Source: Mobula hypostoma (Eukaryota). From it: a DNA stretch of 64,000 nt. A program made the translations under genes and the position numbers. The DNA is taken from the NCBI RefSeq assembly GCF_963921235.1, contig NC_086107.1, forward strand, positions 95,482,001 to 95,546,000, given 5' to 3'. A model generated the notes under the pieces. That model ran no database searches. It had not been told where the DNA came from and saw nothing but the letters and a program-made list of their open reading frames with translations. Positions 51,783-64,000 of the stretch are shown here, piece after piece (the stretch's first letter is position 1; every line of letters begins with the position of its first letter).

Positions 51783-54083
51783 GTAGGTATTGTTTCATGC
51801 TAATGTGCATAGAACAGATAGATAAAGGAGAATCCTAAGATATTCTGCAAGTATATTAACTGGAAAAGGGTAACTAGGGAAAGAATACATTACCTTTGGG
51901 GATCAATGTGGTTTTCTATGTGTGGAGCCACAGGGGATGGTTGAGGTGTTAAATGAATATTTCTGTATTTACATTGGAAAAGAACATGGAAGCTAAGGAA
52001 TCTCCTCCCTAATGACATCCTTGAGAAGAGAGCATAAGGCCTGGATGGTGGGGGTTACAATCAAGGTCTCTATTTTGAAGAGTTATCAGTGTAAGTTGGA
52101 TCTTTCCCTGATGATGGATATTTCCTTCATCAGATTGTAGATTTCCTTTATGGTGCAGAGGGAAACTGGCTGAGCACGCCACTCTCTGTAGACACTTGTA
52201 TTACTGTGCATGAAGTTTCCACAGTAAACCATGATGTAACCGGTCAGAATGCTTTCTAACTTTATATCTTTAGAAGTTTGTCGTCTTTGATGATATGCCA
52301 AATTCACTTAAACAAATTTGAAACCCTGCCAGTTCCTCAGCCACACTACATTCATCTGCCAAATTGCTGTCCTTGAGATCCTGCTTTTCAGCTTCCTACC
52401 TAGTTCTCTATATTCTCTCTCTCATCCCTTTTCGCTGGGACCAATATGAATCACAACTTTTGGCTGCTCACCCTTCCCCTTTAGAATGCTATGGGCACAG
52501 TCTGAGACGTTCCTGACCCTGGCACCTGGGAAGCAACGTACCATCCAGGCATCTTTTTCACCTCCACAGTATCTTCTGTCTGCACCCTGACTATTAAATC
52601 TATCACTCCTCTTTTCCCCTCCTTCCCTTCTGAGTCACAGACCCAGACTTAGTGCTAGAGACCTAATAAAGACGGCTTTCCCCGGTAGGTCATTTAGGTC
52701 ATTTCCCCCCTCCCCGCAAACAGTGTCTAAAGTGATATACCATTTATTGAGGTGAATGGCCACAAGGATATTCAGCAGTTTTTGCTTATTCCAGTCATCC
52801 AGCTACCTGCCTCTTGCCCCTCCCTGTAACTCTTATCTTTCACCTCTTCATTTTTCCATAACAGCCAAAGGTCATTGAGTTGCAGCTCTACTTTTCTAGC
52901 ACTGTCTGTAAGGAGCTGCAGCTGATGCAATTCATACAGGTGTAGGTATCAGGGAGACATGAAGAACACACTGAGCTGGTTGCATTCTTATTGCTCTAGC
53001 TGGACAGCAATAGACTGAGAAAGAAATGAACTTCCCTCCACTTCTCACTGAAATCTCTTGAGGCAAATCCTCTAGCTCTCCACTCATACTCGTCCACTCA
53101 CACAATAGCTGCTCCCACAATGACTGCTCTGCCTAAACCTCACTTCTTTTTGTAAGCATTTGACAAGTGTCTAGAAACCATGATAGATCAATATGTACCG
53201 AAAGGCCTCACTTGCTTTTAAATTGCATGCTCAGTCAGCTGAATGTTAGATTTATCATGGAGTATGTTTAAAAGGTCAGCACAACATTGTGAACTGAAGA
53301 ACCTGTACTGTGCTGTACTGTTCTATGTTCCACAGAGTAAGGTGGAAGAGAGCCTATGTGCCTGCGATACTGTTGCGTGAGGTTTGTGTTGGACTTCACT
53401 GTACTTGTGCATTTGATAGTAAACTTGATAACTTGACTTAGAGTGGATCTGAGGTTGAGTTTTCTCACACAGAATGTGAGTACCTGGAATGCAGTGCCAG
53501 AGAAAGTGATGGAAGCATGTTCTCTGTTAATATTGATGAAGTGCCTAGATTAGCACTTGAATCACCTAGAGCCAAGTGCTGGAAATTGGGATTAATAAAG
53601 ATGAATGCCCATTGTTCAGCATGTACACAGTGGGCCAAATGGCTTGTTTCCATGCTGTATGACTTTATGACTACAACCTTTACCTTGCTTGGTCTGAGAC
53701 TTAACTGATTTTTCTTGCATGTTCAGTATGTGTCTCCTATTGTGCAGCTCAACAAACCTTGGCTTGCTTTGCTATGAGTTGGGTGTACGTAGTTTGGTAG
53801 AGGAATTTAAGCTTCGTAACCTTACTTGAATCTCAGATTTCAATGCACCAGCACACAAAATGATTTCTGTGCCAGCCAAACTTTGAACACCAGTTGAATT
53901 TCTTTCCAATTATTGTGGAATAGAAATACAGGGATGAAATCTGACTTGCAGAATTACATTGCCATGGTTATATTATTATGAAAATTGTAATTCAAACTTG
54001 ATACCTTGGTGATTTTAGAAGTATAACATGGATACATTCATATACGTACATGCACCTTGATGCTGCTGTATATTATTTTACAG

Positions 54084-54143
54084 AAAATAAATCAATCAGA
54101 AGAAATGAAATTAACTGTGGATGAATATAATGACATTATTAAG
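54084..54143 (+). CDS. KASH5: Coding exon H (60 nt): KINQSEEMKLTVDEYNDIIK
   Basis: Acceptor tattattttacag and donor gtaaaa, phase 0-0. TxxEY motif, in a non-repeat AT-rich island. Confidence 0.85.
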
Positions 54144-55096
54144 GTAAAATAGCAAAGACATAAAGGATTGATGGACATTTACTGGAAGTAAAGTGAAAAA
54201 AAAGTTTTATTAATGAGCCCTCCATAATACCCTTCTGAGAGCAGCTGTGATACTGTCTTGAAATTAACTGTCTATTCCTGTTCCCCTCTCAGCTAAGTCC
54301 CTGTAAAGGCTACAACTTTATAGTTTCAGGTTGAATGTTTTACCATAGAAATGTCACTTCCCCGAGGAGAGAGATGGAACCAAAGGGGAGATAATACATT
54401 AAATTGCATCCAATGTGAAATGTTGAGGGAGGTCCTTGGTGGTCTGAAAATGTGGAGTACTCAATGCTGGGTGCATCTCTGAGCACTATATCTCTATATC
54501 TCAGATCAACCTAACCCCATGAAACCTCTCCATGCTGGGATGATTCTTTGTTGCGGGATTCTCAGCAGAAGGCAGTAGTTCACTTGTATTTATTTTTTAG
54601 AAGTACTGGTGGGTACATATCTGCATGTGTTTAGTCTGAAGGAACAAGAGAGCTATAATGATTCATTTCTCTGTGCAGTAACACTAAATGAGTTGCCAGT
54701 GTATCTAATTTTGAAAGGTATTTAGCACATCTCCCACATACTACTAATGTTAAACTTATGCTAGCTGTCCAAAGTACAAGTATCACTACCCTTCTCTGTA
54801 TCTTGAACTTCTAAGATCTAAGTGAGAGATGAGGATATCCATTAGTAAAAGGACAGGAGATATTAAGCAGCACAAATTTCTTGTTAGTGCCAATTTATGT
54901 CAGTGGTGATTAGAATTTCCTTTTTAGAAGCTGGCACTTCCAGTTCTTAATCTGCTTGCTGAAAAGGAGAAATGTATTGTAACTTGATGACTGGTATCTT
55001 TCAGTTTTTACATGAGGAATTCTCTGCCACATCATTTTCTTTGTAATTGTTGATAGCCTTAATATTAAATGCTTATGATTTTTGTTCTTAATACAG

Positions 55097-55155
55097 GGAT
55101 TGAAAGAAGAAATAAACAAGTTACAGTCACATCTCATATATGAAGAGTTATCAGT
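55097..55155 (+). CDS. KASH5: Coding exon I (59 nt): GLKEEINKLQSHLIYEELS(V)
   Basis: Acceptor gttcttaatacag and consensus donor gtaagt at 55156. It continues the heptad repeat. The next exon was not found in the window. Confidence 0.85.
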
Positions 55156-55414
55156 GTAAGTTGTGATACTAGTGTAGATGAAAAGTAAATGCTGGGAGAC
55201 AAAAAAAAAACTGAAAATATATAGTAGACCATGCACAGTGTATCAGAATCAAGTTCTTTAATGTTTTATTCCATCGGTCTTGAAGTAGAGTACCTGGTGC
55301 TTTACACTGTACTTGATTACAGAATAGATTGACTGGAAAAAATGACAGATGGAGTTTAAATCTGATCAAGTGTGAAGTATTGTACTTTTGGAAGTCAAGT
55401 GTAAGAGGCAATTG

Positions 55415-56747
55415 CACTCAGTGGCCACATTATTAAGTACTTCGTGTATTTAATAAAGTGGCCACTGAGTGTATGTTTGTGGCCTTCTGCTGCCATAGCC
55501 CATCCACTACAAGGTTTGACGGGTTGTGAGTTCAGAAATGCCCTTCTGCACACTGTTGTTGTAATTCAATTGACTTTATTTCTTGCATCCTTCACATAGG
55601 TGAGGAGTAAAAACCTTTATGTTACGTCTTCGTCTGAATGTGCGATGTGCAAATTACAGTAATTTGTAATAAATAGTGTGCATTGTAAGATATACAGCAG
55701 AACAGTCAATATAGCTTAGAAATGCAATTGTGTCAGTGTGAATTAATCAGTCTGATGGCCTGGTGAAAGAAGCTGTCCCAGAGCCTGTTGGTCCTGACTT
55801 TCATGCTGCAGGACTGTTTCCTGAGTGGTAGCAGATGGAACAGTTTGTGGTTGGGTTGACTCAGGTCCCCAATGTACAGACCAAGTGAGATCCTCAGTGA
55901 TGTGTATAACAAGAAACTTGAAGCTGTTCACCCTCTCAACCCCAGATCCATTGATGTCAATAGGGGTGAGCCTGTCTCTGTTCCTCCTATAGTCCACAAT
56001 TAGTTCCTTTGTTTTTGTGACCTTGAGGGAGAGGTTGTCTTCTTGACACCACTGTGTCAAGGTGATGACTACTCTGTAGGCTGCCTCATTATTATTTAAG
56101 ATAAGGCCAATCAATGTAGTGTCATCTGCAAATTTAATTAGCAGATTGGAGCTGTTGGTGGCAACACAGTTATGGGTGTACAGAAAGTAAAGGAGGGGGC
56201 TTAAGACACAACCCTGGGGGGCTCCTGTGTTGAAGGGCAGACATAAGGGAGCCCATTCTTACTACTCACTGGCGATCTGACAGGAAGTCCAGGATCCAGC
56301 TGCACAAGGCAGAGTGAAGGTTATTGAGTTACTCTCAACTTCCTGTCAGCTTGAACTATTGTGGCCATTCTCCTCCAACCTCACTGATTAACATGGAGTT
56401 TTCACCCACAGAACTGCTGTTAGTGAACCTTGTTTTATTTTGCTTATCACACGACTCTCTGTAAACTCTAGAAGTGCTGTGCGTGATAATCCCAGGAGAT
56501 CAACAGTTTCTAAGAAACTCAAATCACCCCATTTGGTACCAACAACGGTCAAAGTCACTTTCTGATGAAGACCATTCTGATTAATAAATTTCACAACATA
56601 TGCTGGTGATATTAAATCTGATTCTGATGTTGGTTTGAATAAAACTGAACCTCTTGACCATGTTTGTATGTTTTTGTGCATTGAATTGCTGCCACATAAT
56701 TGGCTGATAATGTGTACACTTGTACTGAATAAAGTGGCCACTGAGTG
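55415..56747. mobile_element. Tc1-like non-autonomous element with a nested Rex1 fragment (about 55565-56320, minus strand)
   Basis: TIRs cactcagtggccac and gtggccactgagtg followed by TA. An extra internal TIR copy ends at 55471. The nested piece encodes TKTKELIVDYR..FKFL. Confidence 0.7.
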
Positions 56748-59700
56748 TATCTCCTCACTATCCTTTGATAGTCTTCCTCTCTATTGACAACCTTACTGAT
56801 TTTTGTGTTATTTGCAAACTTACTAATCAGCCAACCTACATTTTCATCCAAATTGCTTGTATATCATAAACAATAGAGATCATAGCATTAATCACTGTGG
56901 AACATTACTGGTCATAAATCTGCAGTAAGAATAACAGTGCTTCACTGTTAACATCTTCTCTACTATGACCAAACCAATTTTGAAACAAATCTACCAAGTC
57001 ATCATGTACCTTAATCAGAGTCATGCAGCATGGAAACTGATCCTTAAGCCTGACTTGTCCAGGTTGACCTAAGTACCATCCACTTGCTTGCATTTGTCTC
57101 ATAGCCCTTAACACTTCCTAGCCACGAACCTTTCGAAATTTTTTTAAACATTGTAATTATACCACCACTCAAACTTTCTTTGGCATAGCATATATACTAC
57201 CTTGTGTAAAACTTTTCCTTACAGTCTCCTTTAAATCCTCCCCCTCTCACCTTTAACCATTTGCTCTGGGGCAAAAGACTCTGTCTATCCACCTTACTAA
57301 TGCCCCTCATGATTTTATAAACCTCTAAAGGATCACTACTCAGCCTCCTTTGCTCCAGTCTTTCTTCATAACTTAAGCTTGTACTCACTGTCCCATCTGA
57401 TGAAGGCAAGAATGCCTTACGTTTTCTTCACCACCTTGTCTACCTGAGTCACCACTTACAGGGGCCAATATACTTCCATTCTTAGATCTCAGCCAATCTT
57501 TTCTCCATGTTAGCACCTTGCCTTTAACACCTTGAGCTCTGTTTAGCAGCGGCATATGCAGCATCTTGTCAAAGGCCTTTTGGAAAACCCAGCTAAGTAA
57601 TGTCCATTGATTCTCCTTTGTCTAACTTGCTTGTCACCTCCTCAAAGACTTATAACAGATTTATCAGTTCTTCCCCCTAAAAAAACTGAACACACTTTGT
57701 TCAGTTTCCTCATATACTTCCAAAAACTCCAAAATTTCATCCTTTAATAATGGACTTTAAATTCTTACCAACCACTGAGGTCAGGATGCCCTGCCTATAA
57801 TTTCTTGTCTTTTGCCTCTCTTAAATATTTTCAATTTTCAGTCCTTTGGGACCCTTTCCTGACTCCAGTGATTCTGGAATGATCATTACTGTCTTCACAA
57901 ACCCTTCAACTACCTCTTTCAGAACTCTGGGGTGTAGTCCATGTGGTCCAGGTGATTTATCTACCTCCAGGCCTTTCATTTTCCCAGTCCTTAGGAATAA
58001 CCACTACACTCACCTCTGCCCTGTGATTTTGTTGAATGTCTGTCATATTACTGGTCTCCTTGAGTATGAAGATTGAGGCAGAGTACCTATTTAGCTTCTA
58101 CACTATTTTCCTGTTCTCTATTACTACTTCTCCAATATCATTTTTTAAGTGGCATCATGCCCATTCTTGCCTTTATATATCTAAAGAAATTTTAATATCT
58201 TTTTTGATATTATTGGCTTGTTTACTCTTGCATTTCATGTTGTCTGCCATTTATAGCTTTTCTATTGTCTGTTGGCTTTTAAAGGCGTCCCATTAATATT
58301 TGCCTCTTTTGCTTTCATGCTATCACTGACTTCTCTTGTCAGTCATGATAGCATCATCCACCCCTTAATACGCTTTGTCCTTGGGATGAAATGAAACTAT
58401 GTTACTGAATTGTATACTTCTATAGATGACTGTAGAGAGCATTCTGAGAGGCTGGATCACTGAAAGAAGCTGCAGAGAGTTGTAAATTTAGTCGGATCCA
58501 TCTTGGGTACCAGCCTACAACCTACCCAGGACATCTTCAAGGAGCGGTGTCTCAGAAAGGTAGCGTTCATTATTAAGGACCCCCAGCACCCAGGGCATAC
58601 CCTTTTCTCACTGTTACCATCAGGTAGGAGGTACAGAAGCTTGAAGGCACACACTCAGTGAGTCAGGAACTGCTCCTTTCCTTCTGCCATCCAATTCCTA
58701 AATGGACATTGAACCCATGAACACTACCTCACTTTTAAAGTATTTATTATTTCTGTTTTTTGCACGATTTTAATCTATTTAATATACGTATACTGTAATT
58801 GATTTACTTATTTTTTCTTCTATATTATGTATTGCATTGAACTGCAGTTTAAAAGAGGGAGGGAGTGGGGAGAGGAAGAGGGAGACAGCTGAAATCTGAT
58901 GTGATAGCTATTACAGTTCAGAATCAAGTTTATTATCACCGGCACATTTCACAACATATGCACAATATCCATGAACTTCTTTTCTTCACATTCGTATACA
59001 TATCTAAGGACTTCTTCAATGCTTCTATCGTATCTGCGTCTACCATCATCCAACACTATTTAAAAGAAACACTTGCCCCACATAGCTCCTTTGAACTTAA
59101 TTGCTCTCAATTTAATTTCATGCACTTTAGTAGTAGGTATTTCATTCTTGGGAGAAAGATGAAGCTTCCTCTATCTATGCCTCTTGTCATCTGATAAAGC
59201 TCTATCAGATCTCCTTTTAGCTTCCCCTACTCCAGAGAAAACAATCCAACTTTGTTCAGCCTTGCCTTGTAGCATACGCTGTAATCCAGGTAGTATCCTA
59301 GGAAACCTTCTCTGCACCTTCTACAACTTTCCTATAATAGGGCAACCAGAACTGAATACAGTACCGGAGATGTGCCTACCCAGAGTTTTATAAAGCTGCA
59401 ACATAACTTCACACCTCTCCAAACTCATTGCTTCGACTAATAAAGACAAACATGCCATAGCCATCTGCACCCCCATATTAACCTGTAGCCACTCTCAGGA
59501 ACTTGTACTCCAAGATTCTTTTGTGCAACACTGTTAAGAGCCAGTGTACTGTCCCTTTACATTTATTCTTCACTAGTGCATCACCTCATATTTGGCCAGA
59601 TTAAACTCCACCTGCCATTTCTTCACCCGTATCTGCAGCTAATCTATATCCTGCTGTATCCTTTGACAATATTCCACAATATCCACAACACCACCTGGAT

Positions 59701-60062
59701 CAAGGTCTGAGACCAAATGACGTTTCACAGAAATCAGTGTTAAGACCTCTTCCTTGTGTATATGTAAGTGACTTGGATGATAATGTAAACATGTACTTTA
59801 TTAAATTTGCAGTAAAATTAGTGAAGTTGCAGTTGGCAAAGAAGGTAGTCAAATGGTAAAGAAGGATATAGATCAGTAACAGATGTAGAGAAATGGCAAA
59901 TAAAGTTTACGCTGGTCATGTGTGAGGTTTTGCATCTTGGAAGGTCAAATGTATGTGGAAAGTATGCAATTAATAGCTGGGCCCTTAGGAACATAAATGT
60001 ACAGAGGGATTTTGGGGTCCAAGTCATTAGCTCATTGAAAGCAGTGACACAAGTATATATAG

Positions 60063-60464
60063 TTACGTACTTACTATCTGTTACGCTGCTGGCATTTAAG
60101 GCAGCAATGAAGATCCTCCATCTCTGGCAATGTCCAGGGCTTCCTCTCAGTTTTCACTACTGTCAGTCATGCAAGTCACAGGTTGAGACTCAGCAATACC
60201 ATCACACTCAGATGTAGGATTCTTCATTGCTGTTTCTGTAACAATTTTGTTTTACCAGTCAGGGTTGTTAGCCCCGAACTGTAGCCCTGAACCTGGAGAA
60301 CCAATGGACCACTCTTTGTCTGGCTTCTACCCTTTTACCTGTTTGGCATGGGTGACCCTACCAAGAGCCAAAGCATAAAGCCCTGACTCCAGCCAACTCA
60401 GCTCTCTGGGTCATTGAGGCACACAGGCCTCCAAACCACAACAAGCTTTTGATCCTCTTGGAGG
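60063..60464 (-). mobile_element. Bipartite RTE-derived non-autonomous element (RTE 5'UTR fused to RTE 3' end)
   Basis: The reverse strand has cttgttgtgg...caatgaccc..agagct...ggtagggtcaccc (RTE 5'UTR-like), then RWRIFIAAL and a (gtaa)n tail. A 6-bp duplication atatag flanks it. Confidence 0.7.
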
Positions 60465-61737
60465 ATATAGTGTAATAAAGAAGGTATATAGCATGCTCAC
60501 CTGCATCAGATGGAGGGGCGGTGCAGGGAATGAGTACAAATTTATCTTGCAAATGTATATAATTTTGGTTAGGCTACGTTTAGAGTATTCACTGGTCACT
60601 CTATTACACGAGGACATCATTACTGATCAAGAACCTATCAACCTTTGCTTTAAATATATCCAATGACTTTGCCTCCGCAACCATCTGTGACAAGAAATTC
60701 CACAGATTCACCAACCTCTGCTTCAGAAATTTCCCTTCATCACAGTTGTAAAGGAACATCCTTGTATTCTAAGGCTTTGCCTACAAACAAACTTACTCCA
60801 ATCAACCTTTGCAAACTCCTACCTCATACTGTCAAAATTTGTTTTGTCTCAATTTAGAATTTGAACCTGTGGCCTGTCCTGTCCCTTTGTATAACTAGTT
60901 GGAAACTAACAACTATGGTCACTGGTCCAAAATGCTTCCTGACTGTCACCTCAGTTACCTGTCCCACTCTTATTACTCATAAGTAGTTCAACCTTCGCTT
61001 CTCTCTCACAGGGCTCCCCATATATTGCCCAAGGAAACTTTCCTGAACACATGTAACAGATTCTTTCCCATGTAACCCCTTAACAATATGGTAGTATCAG
61101 TTAATGTTAAGAAAGTTAAAATTTCCTACTAATACAACCGTATTAATGTTTGGAACAATACATATTTGCTCCTCTAACACATGGTGACGATTTGAGAGTC
61201 TATAGAAGAATCCCTATGAAGTGTGATCATACCCTTCTTATATCTGAGCTCTACTCATAAAGTCTCATTTGATAATCCTCAATAATTTCATCTCTGACTA
61301 CTGCTGTGACATTACCCTTAATCAAGAATGCATCTCTTCCTCCCCCCATCCCCTTTCCTCCTTTTCAATCCCATCTAAAACATCCAAACCCTGTTATCAT
61401 CAAACTGCCCAACTTGTCTATCCCTTAGTCATGTTTCTGTAATGGCTATAATATCCTAGTCACGCATAACAATCCATGCCCTAAATTCACTTACCTTGCT
61501 TGTCAGATTTCTTGCATGTGAATCTGGAAATCAATACGATTTAAATCTGAGAGGTTTTCCACACTCCCTACCATTCCCATGCCTGGCATACTTATTCAAT
61601 ATGCTGTGAATGTCTTCTGCATCACTTTTCAGCCTCACATTTACCACTTTATTGTTTAGGATCCCACTTCCTTGCCAAATTAATTTAAACCTACCCTAAG
61701 AACCTAACCTAAACCTACCCAAAGTTTCCTACCCTAA

Positions 61738-62523
61738 GGTAGGAAACTTTGTCACATGGTGTAGGCAGAATTATCTGCAGCTTAATGTGAAAAAGACTAA
61801 GGAGCTGGTGGTAGACCTGAGGAGAGCTAAGGTACCGGCGACCCCTGTTTCCATCCAGGGGGTCAGTGTGGACATGGTGGAGGATTACAAATACCTGGGG
61901 ATACGAATTGACAATAAACTGGACTGGTCAAAGAACGCTGAGGCTGTCTACAAGAAAGGTCAGAGCCGTCTCTATTTCCTGAGGAGATTGAGGTCCTTTA
62001 ACATCTGTTGGACGATGCTGAGGATGTTCTACGAGTCTGTGGTGGCCAGTGCTATCAAGTTTGCTGTTGTGTGCTTGGGCAGCAGGCTGAGGGTAGCAGA
62101 TGCCAACAGAATCAAGAAACTCATTCGTAAGGCCGGTGATGTTGTGGGGATGGAACTGGACTCTCTCACGGTGGTGTCTGAAAAGAGGATGCTGTCTAAG
62201 TTGCATGCCATCTTGGTCAATGTCTCCCATCCACTACATAATGTACTGGTTGGGCACAGGAGTACATTCAGGCAGAGACTCATTCCACTGAGATGCAGCA
62301 CAGAGCATCATAGGAAGTCATTCCTGCCTGTGGCCATCAAACTTTACAACTCCTCCCTTGGAGGGTCAGACACCCTGAGCCGATAGGCTCATAATTTACT
62401 GGCATAATTTACATATTACTATTTAACTATTTATGGTTCTATTACTATTTATTATTTATGGTGCAACTGTAATGAAAACCAATTTCCCCCGGGATCAATA
62501 AAGTATGACGACTACTACTACTA
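61738..62523 (+). mobile_element. Young Rex1/Babar LINE 3' end with an open ORF at 61787-62386
   Basis: [28 protein letters not shown] and SFLPVAIKLYN; aataaa followed by a (cta)n tail. Confidence 0.92.
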
Positions 62524-63380
62524 GAAGCACTAGCAAATCTGCCTGCTATGATATTGGTCCCCCTTCAGTTCAGGTGCAACCTGTCCTTACTGTACAAGTT
62601 ACCTCAGTCCAGTGGTCCCAAAATCTGATTTGTTCTCTCCCCCCACACAGCAATTTTACAGCTGTATCCTTCCATTCTTACCTTCATTAGGACATGGCCC
62701 TGGAGATAATTCAGAAATACTACCTTTGTGGTCCTGCTTTTTAACTTCTTCCCTAGCATCAATATTCGTTCTGCAGGAACTCTGCCCTTTCTTTACCTTT
62801 GTCATTGTGTCAGCATCATGCACCACTTCTGGCCTTCTCATTGAGGTCTTGAGAATAGTCTGTAGCCACTCTGATATCCTGAACCCTGGCCCAGGGAAGG
62901 CACCATACCACTCCAGAGACTCTTGAGGCCACGGGATCTCTTTTCCACCTCCATAACTATTAAGTCCCATATCACTTTAGTCTTGCCTGCGTTCACACTT
63001 CTCTGCTGAGCCTCAGAGCCGATATTGATGCACAGACCTGGCGACTGCTTCATTCTCTTGAATGGGCATTATCCCACTCCCAACCCCCAGTTTCCAAAAC
63101 AATATACAGTGGATTCTAGTTAATTGGGACATATCAGGGTCTATATATTTTGGCCTAATTAAACAGCTACCCCAATTAGCCAAAGTTTAATGGAATAGAT
63201 TGAGTAACAAATTGTGTATTTAAATGAAATACAGAACAAATTAGAATGCCACCAATAATGCTATAAAGCTGTGTATTTATTTGTGATAGTTTTCAATGGA
63301 GAAATTCATCCATTGTGCGCTACTGTGTTCTTTTGGTTGACTGTAAATGAACAAAACCAGAGCAGACACCTAGGATAATT

Positions 63381-63796
63381 TCAAACAAAAGAAAATCTGC
63401 GGATGCTGGAAATCTGAGCAATACACACAAAATGCTGGAGAAACTCAGTAGGCCAGGCAGCATCTAGGAAAAGAGTAAAGTTGACGTTTTGGCCAAACTC
63501 CTTCAGCAGGACAAGAGAAAAAAATCTTATCTCCTTGGTGCTGCTCTCCCCCTTTCCCTCTTCCATGGCTTTCTGTCTCTTTTACCAATTTACTTCCCAG
63601 CTCTTTACTTCATCCCCTCCCCCTTCAGGTTTCACCTATCACCTTGTGTTTCTCTCTCCCCTCCCTCCACCTTTTAAATCTACTCCTCAGCTTTTTTTCT
63701 CCAGTCCTGCTAAGGGTTTCGAACTAAAATGTCGACTGTACTGTCTTCCTAGGTGCTTCCTGGCCTTCTGAGTTTCTCCAACATTTTGTGTGTGTT
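63381..63796. mobile_element. Penelope insertion made of two oppositely oriented pLTR pieces, inside a Tigger-like element starting at about 63106
   Basis: 63381-63512 (minus) and about 63530-63796 (plus) share the terminal block in inverted orientation. The flanks acctaggataat and acctaaggtaat match at 10 of 12 positions. Confidence 0.82.
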
Positions 63797-64000
63797 ACCT
63801 AAGGTAATATTTTTGCTTAGTGTCAAATCTTTAATGGCATCTTGGCAAGGATCTAAAGTTTTTTAAAGTCAAAATAAAAAACAAAATTGTCAAAAAAACA
63901 CTGCTTTTTGAATTGGCATCTGTCGAGCCAAATGGATAACAACACAAGCACATGCAACTGACACTATTTAAAAAATGGTCGTTCTAAGCACGTTATAATT

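Noticed and set aside
61690..61740. Telomere-like CCCTAA/CCTAA words suggesting telomerase healing
   Set aside because: There is no tandem (CCCTAA)n array. The words are better explained as local copies of the target sequence aacctaccctaag.
55156..64000. Further host exons, including a TM-KASH terminus
   Set aside because: Only CR1, Rex1, RTE, Tc1, Tigger and Penelope remnants were recognised. No phase-2 exon with a convincing peptide was found, although a short one could have been missed.
1..64000. CRISPR arrays, operons, tRNA/rRNA genes, retron- or DGR-like RT systems
   Set aside because: The sequence is vertebrate intron. Every RT seen belongs to known LINE, LTR or ERV classes, there is no regular repeat-spacer array, and the only tRNA match is a 15-nt PBS.

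Overview
Eukaryotic, vertebrate DNA. The repeat mix (CR1, Rex1/Babar, Penelope, Gypsy, Tc1, Tigger, hAT-Charlie) suggests a cartilaginous fish such as a ray or shark; this is an inference. Most of the window is intronic and filled with nested, mostly decayed transposable elements, and the recognisable ORFs in the supplied track are TE fragments or antisense shadows. The one host gene is not captured by the ORF track: nine short + strand exons (14221-55155, 711 nt) with GT-AG borders splice in frame into an uninterrupted coiled-coil segment resembling KASH5 (CCDC155) or the long form of LRMP/IRAG2. Its 5' and 3' ends were not found in the window. The most interesting observations are a class III (ERV-L/spuma-like) retroviral pol remnant, Penelope-borne minimal hammerhead ribozyme motifs, a 3'-truncated L1 5' end with a perfect 13-bp duplication, an exact 23-nt copy of an exon end plus splice donor 3 kb upstream of that exon, and near-identical inverted repeats in the introns. 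I found no convincing new multi-gene system. All alignments were made by eye, family assignments come from remembered motifs rather than database searches, and boundaries of decayed repeats are approximate.
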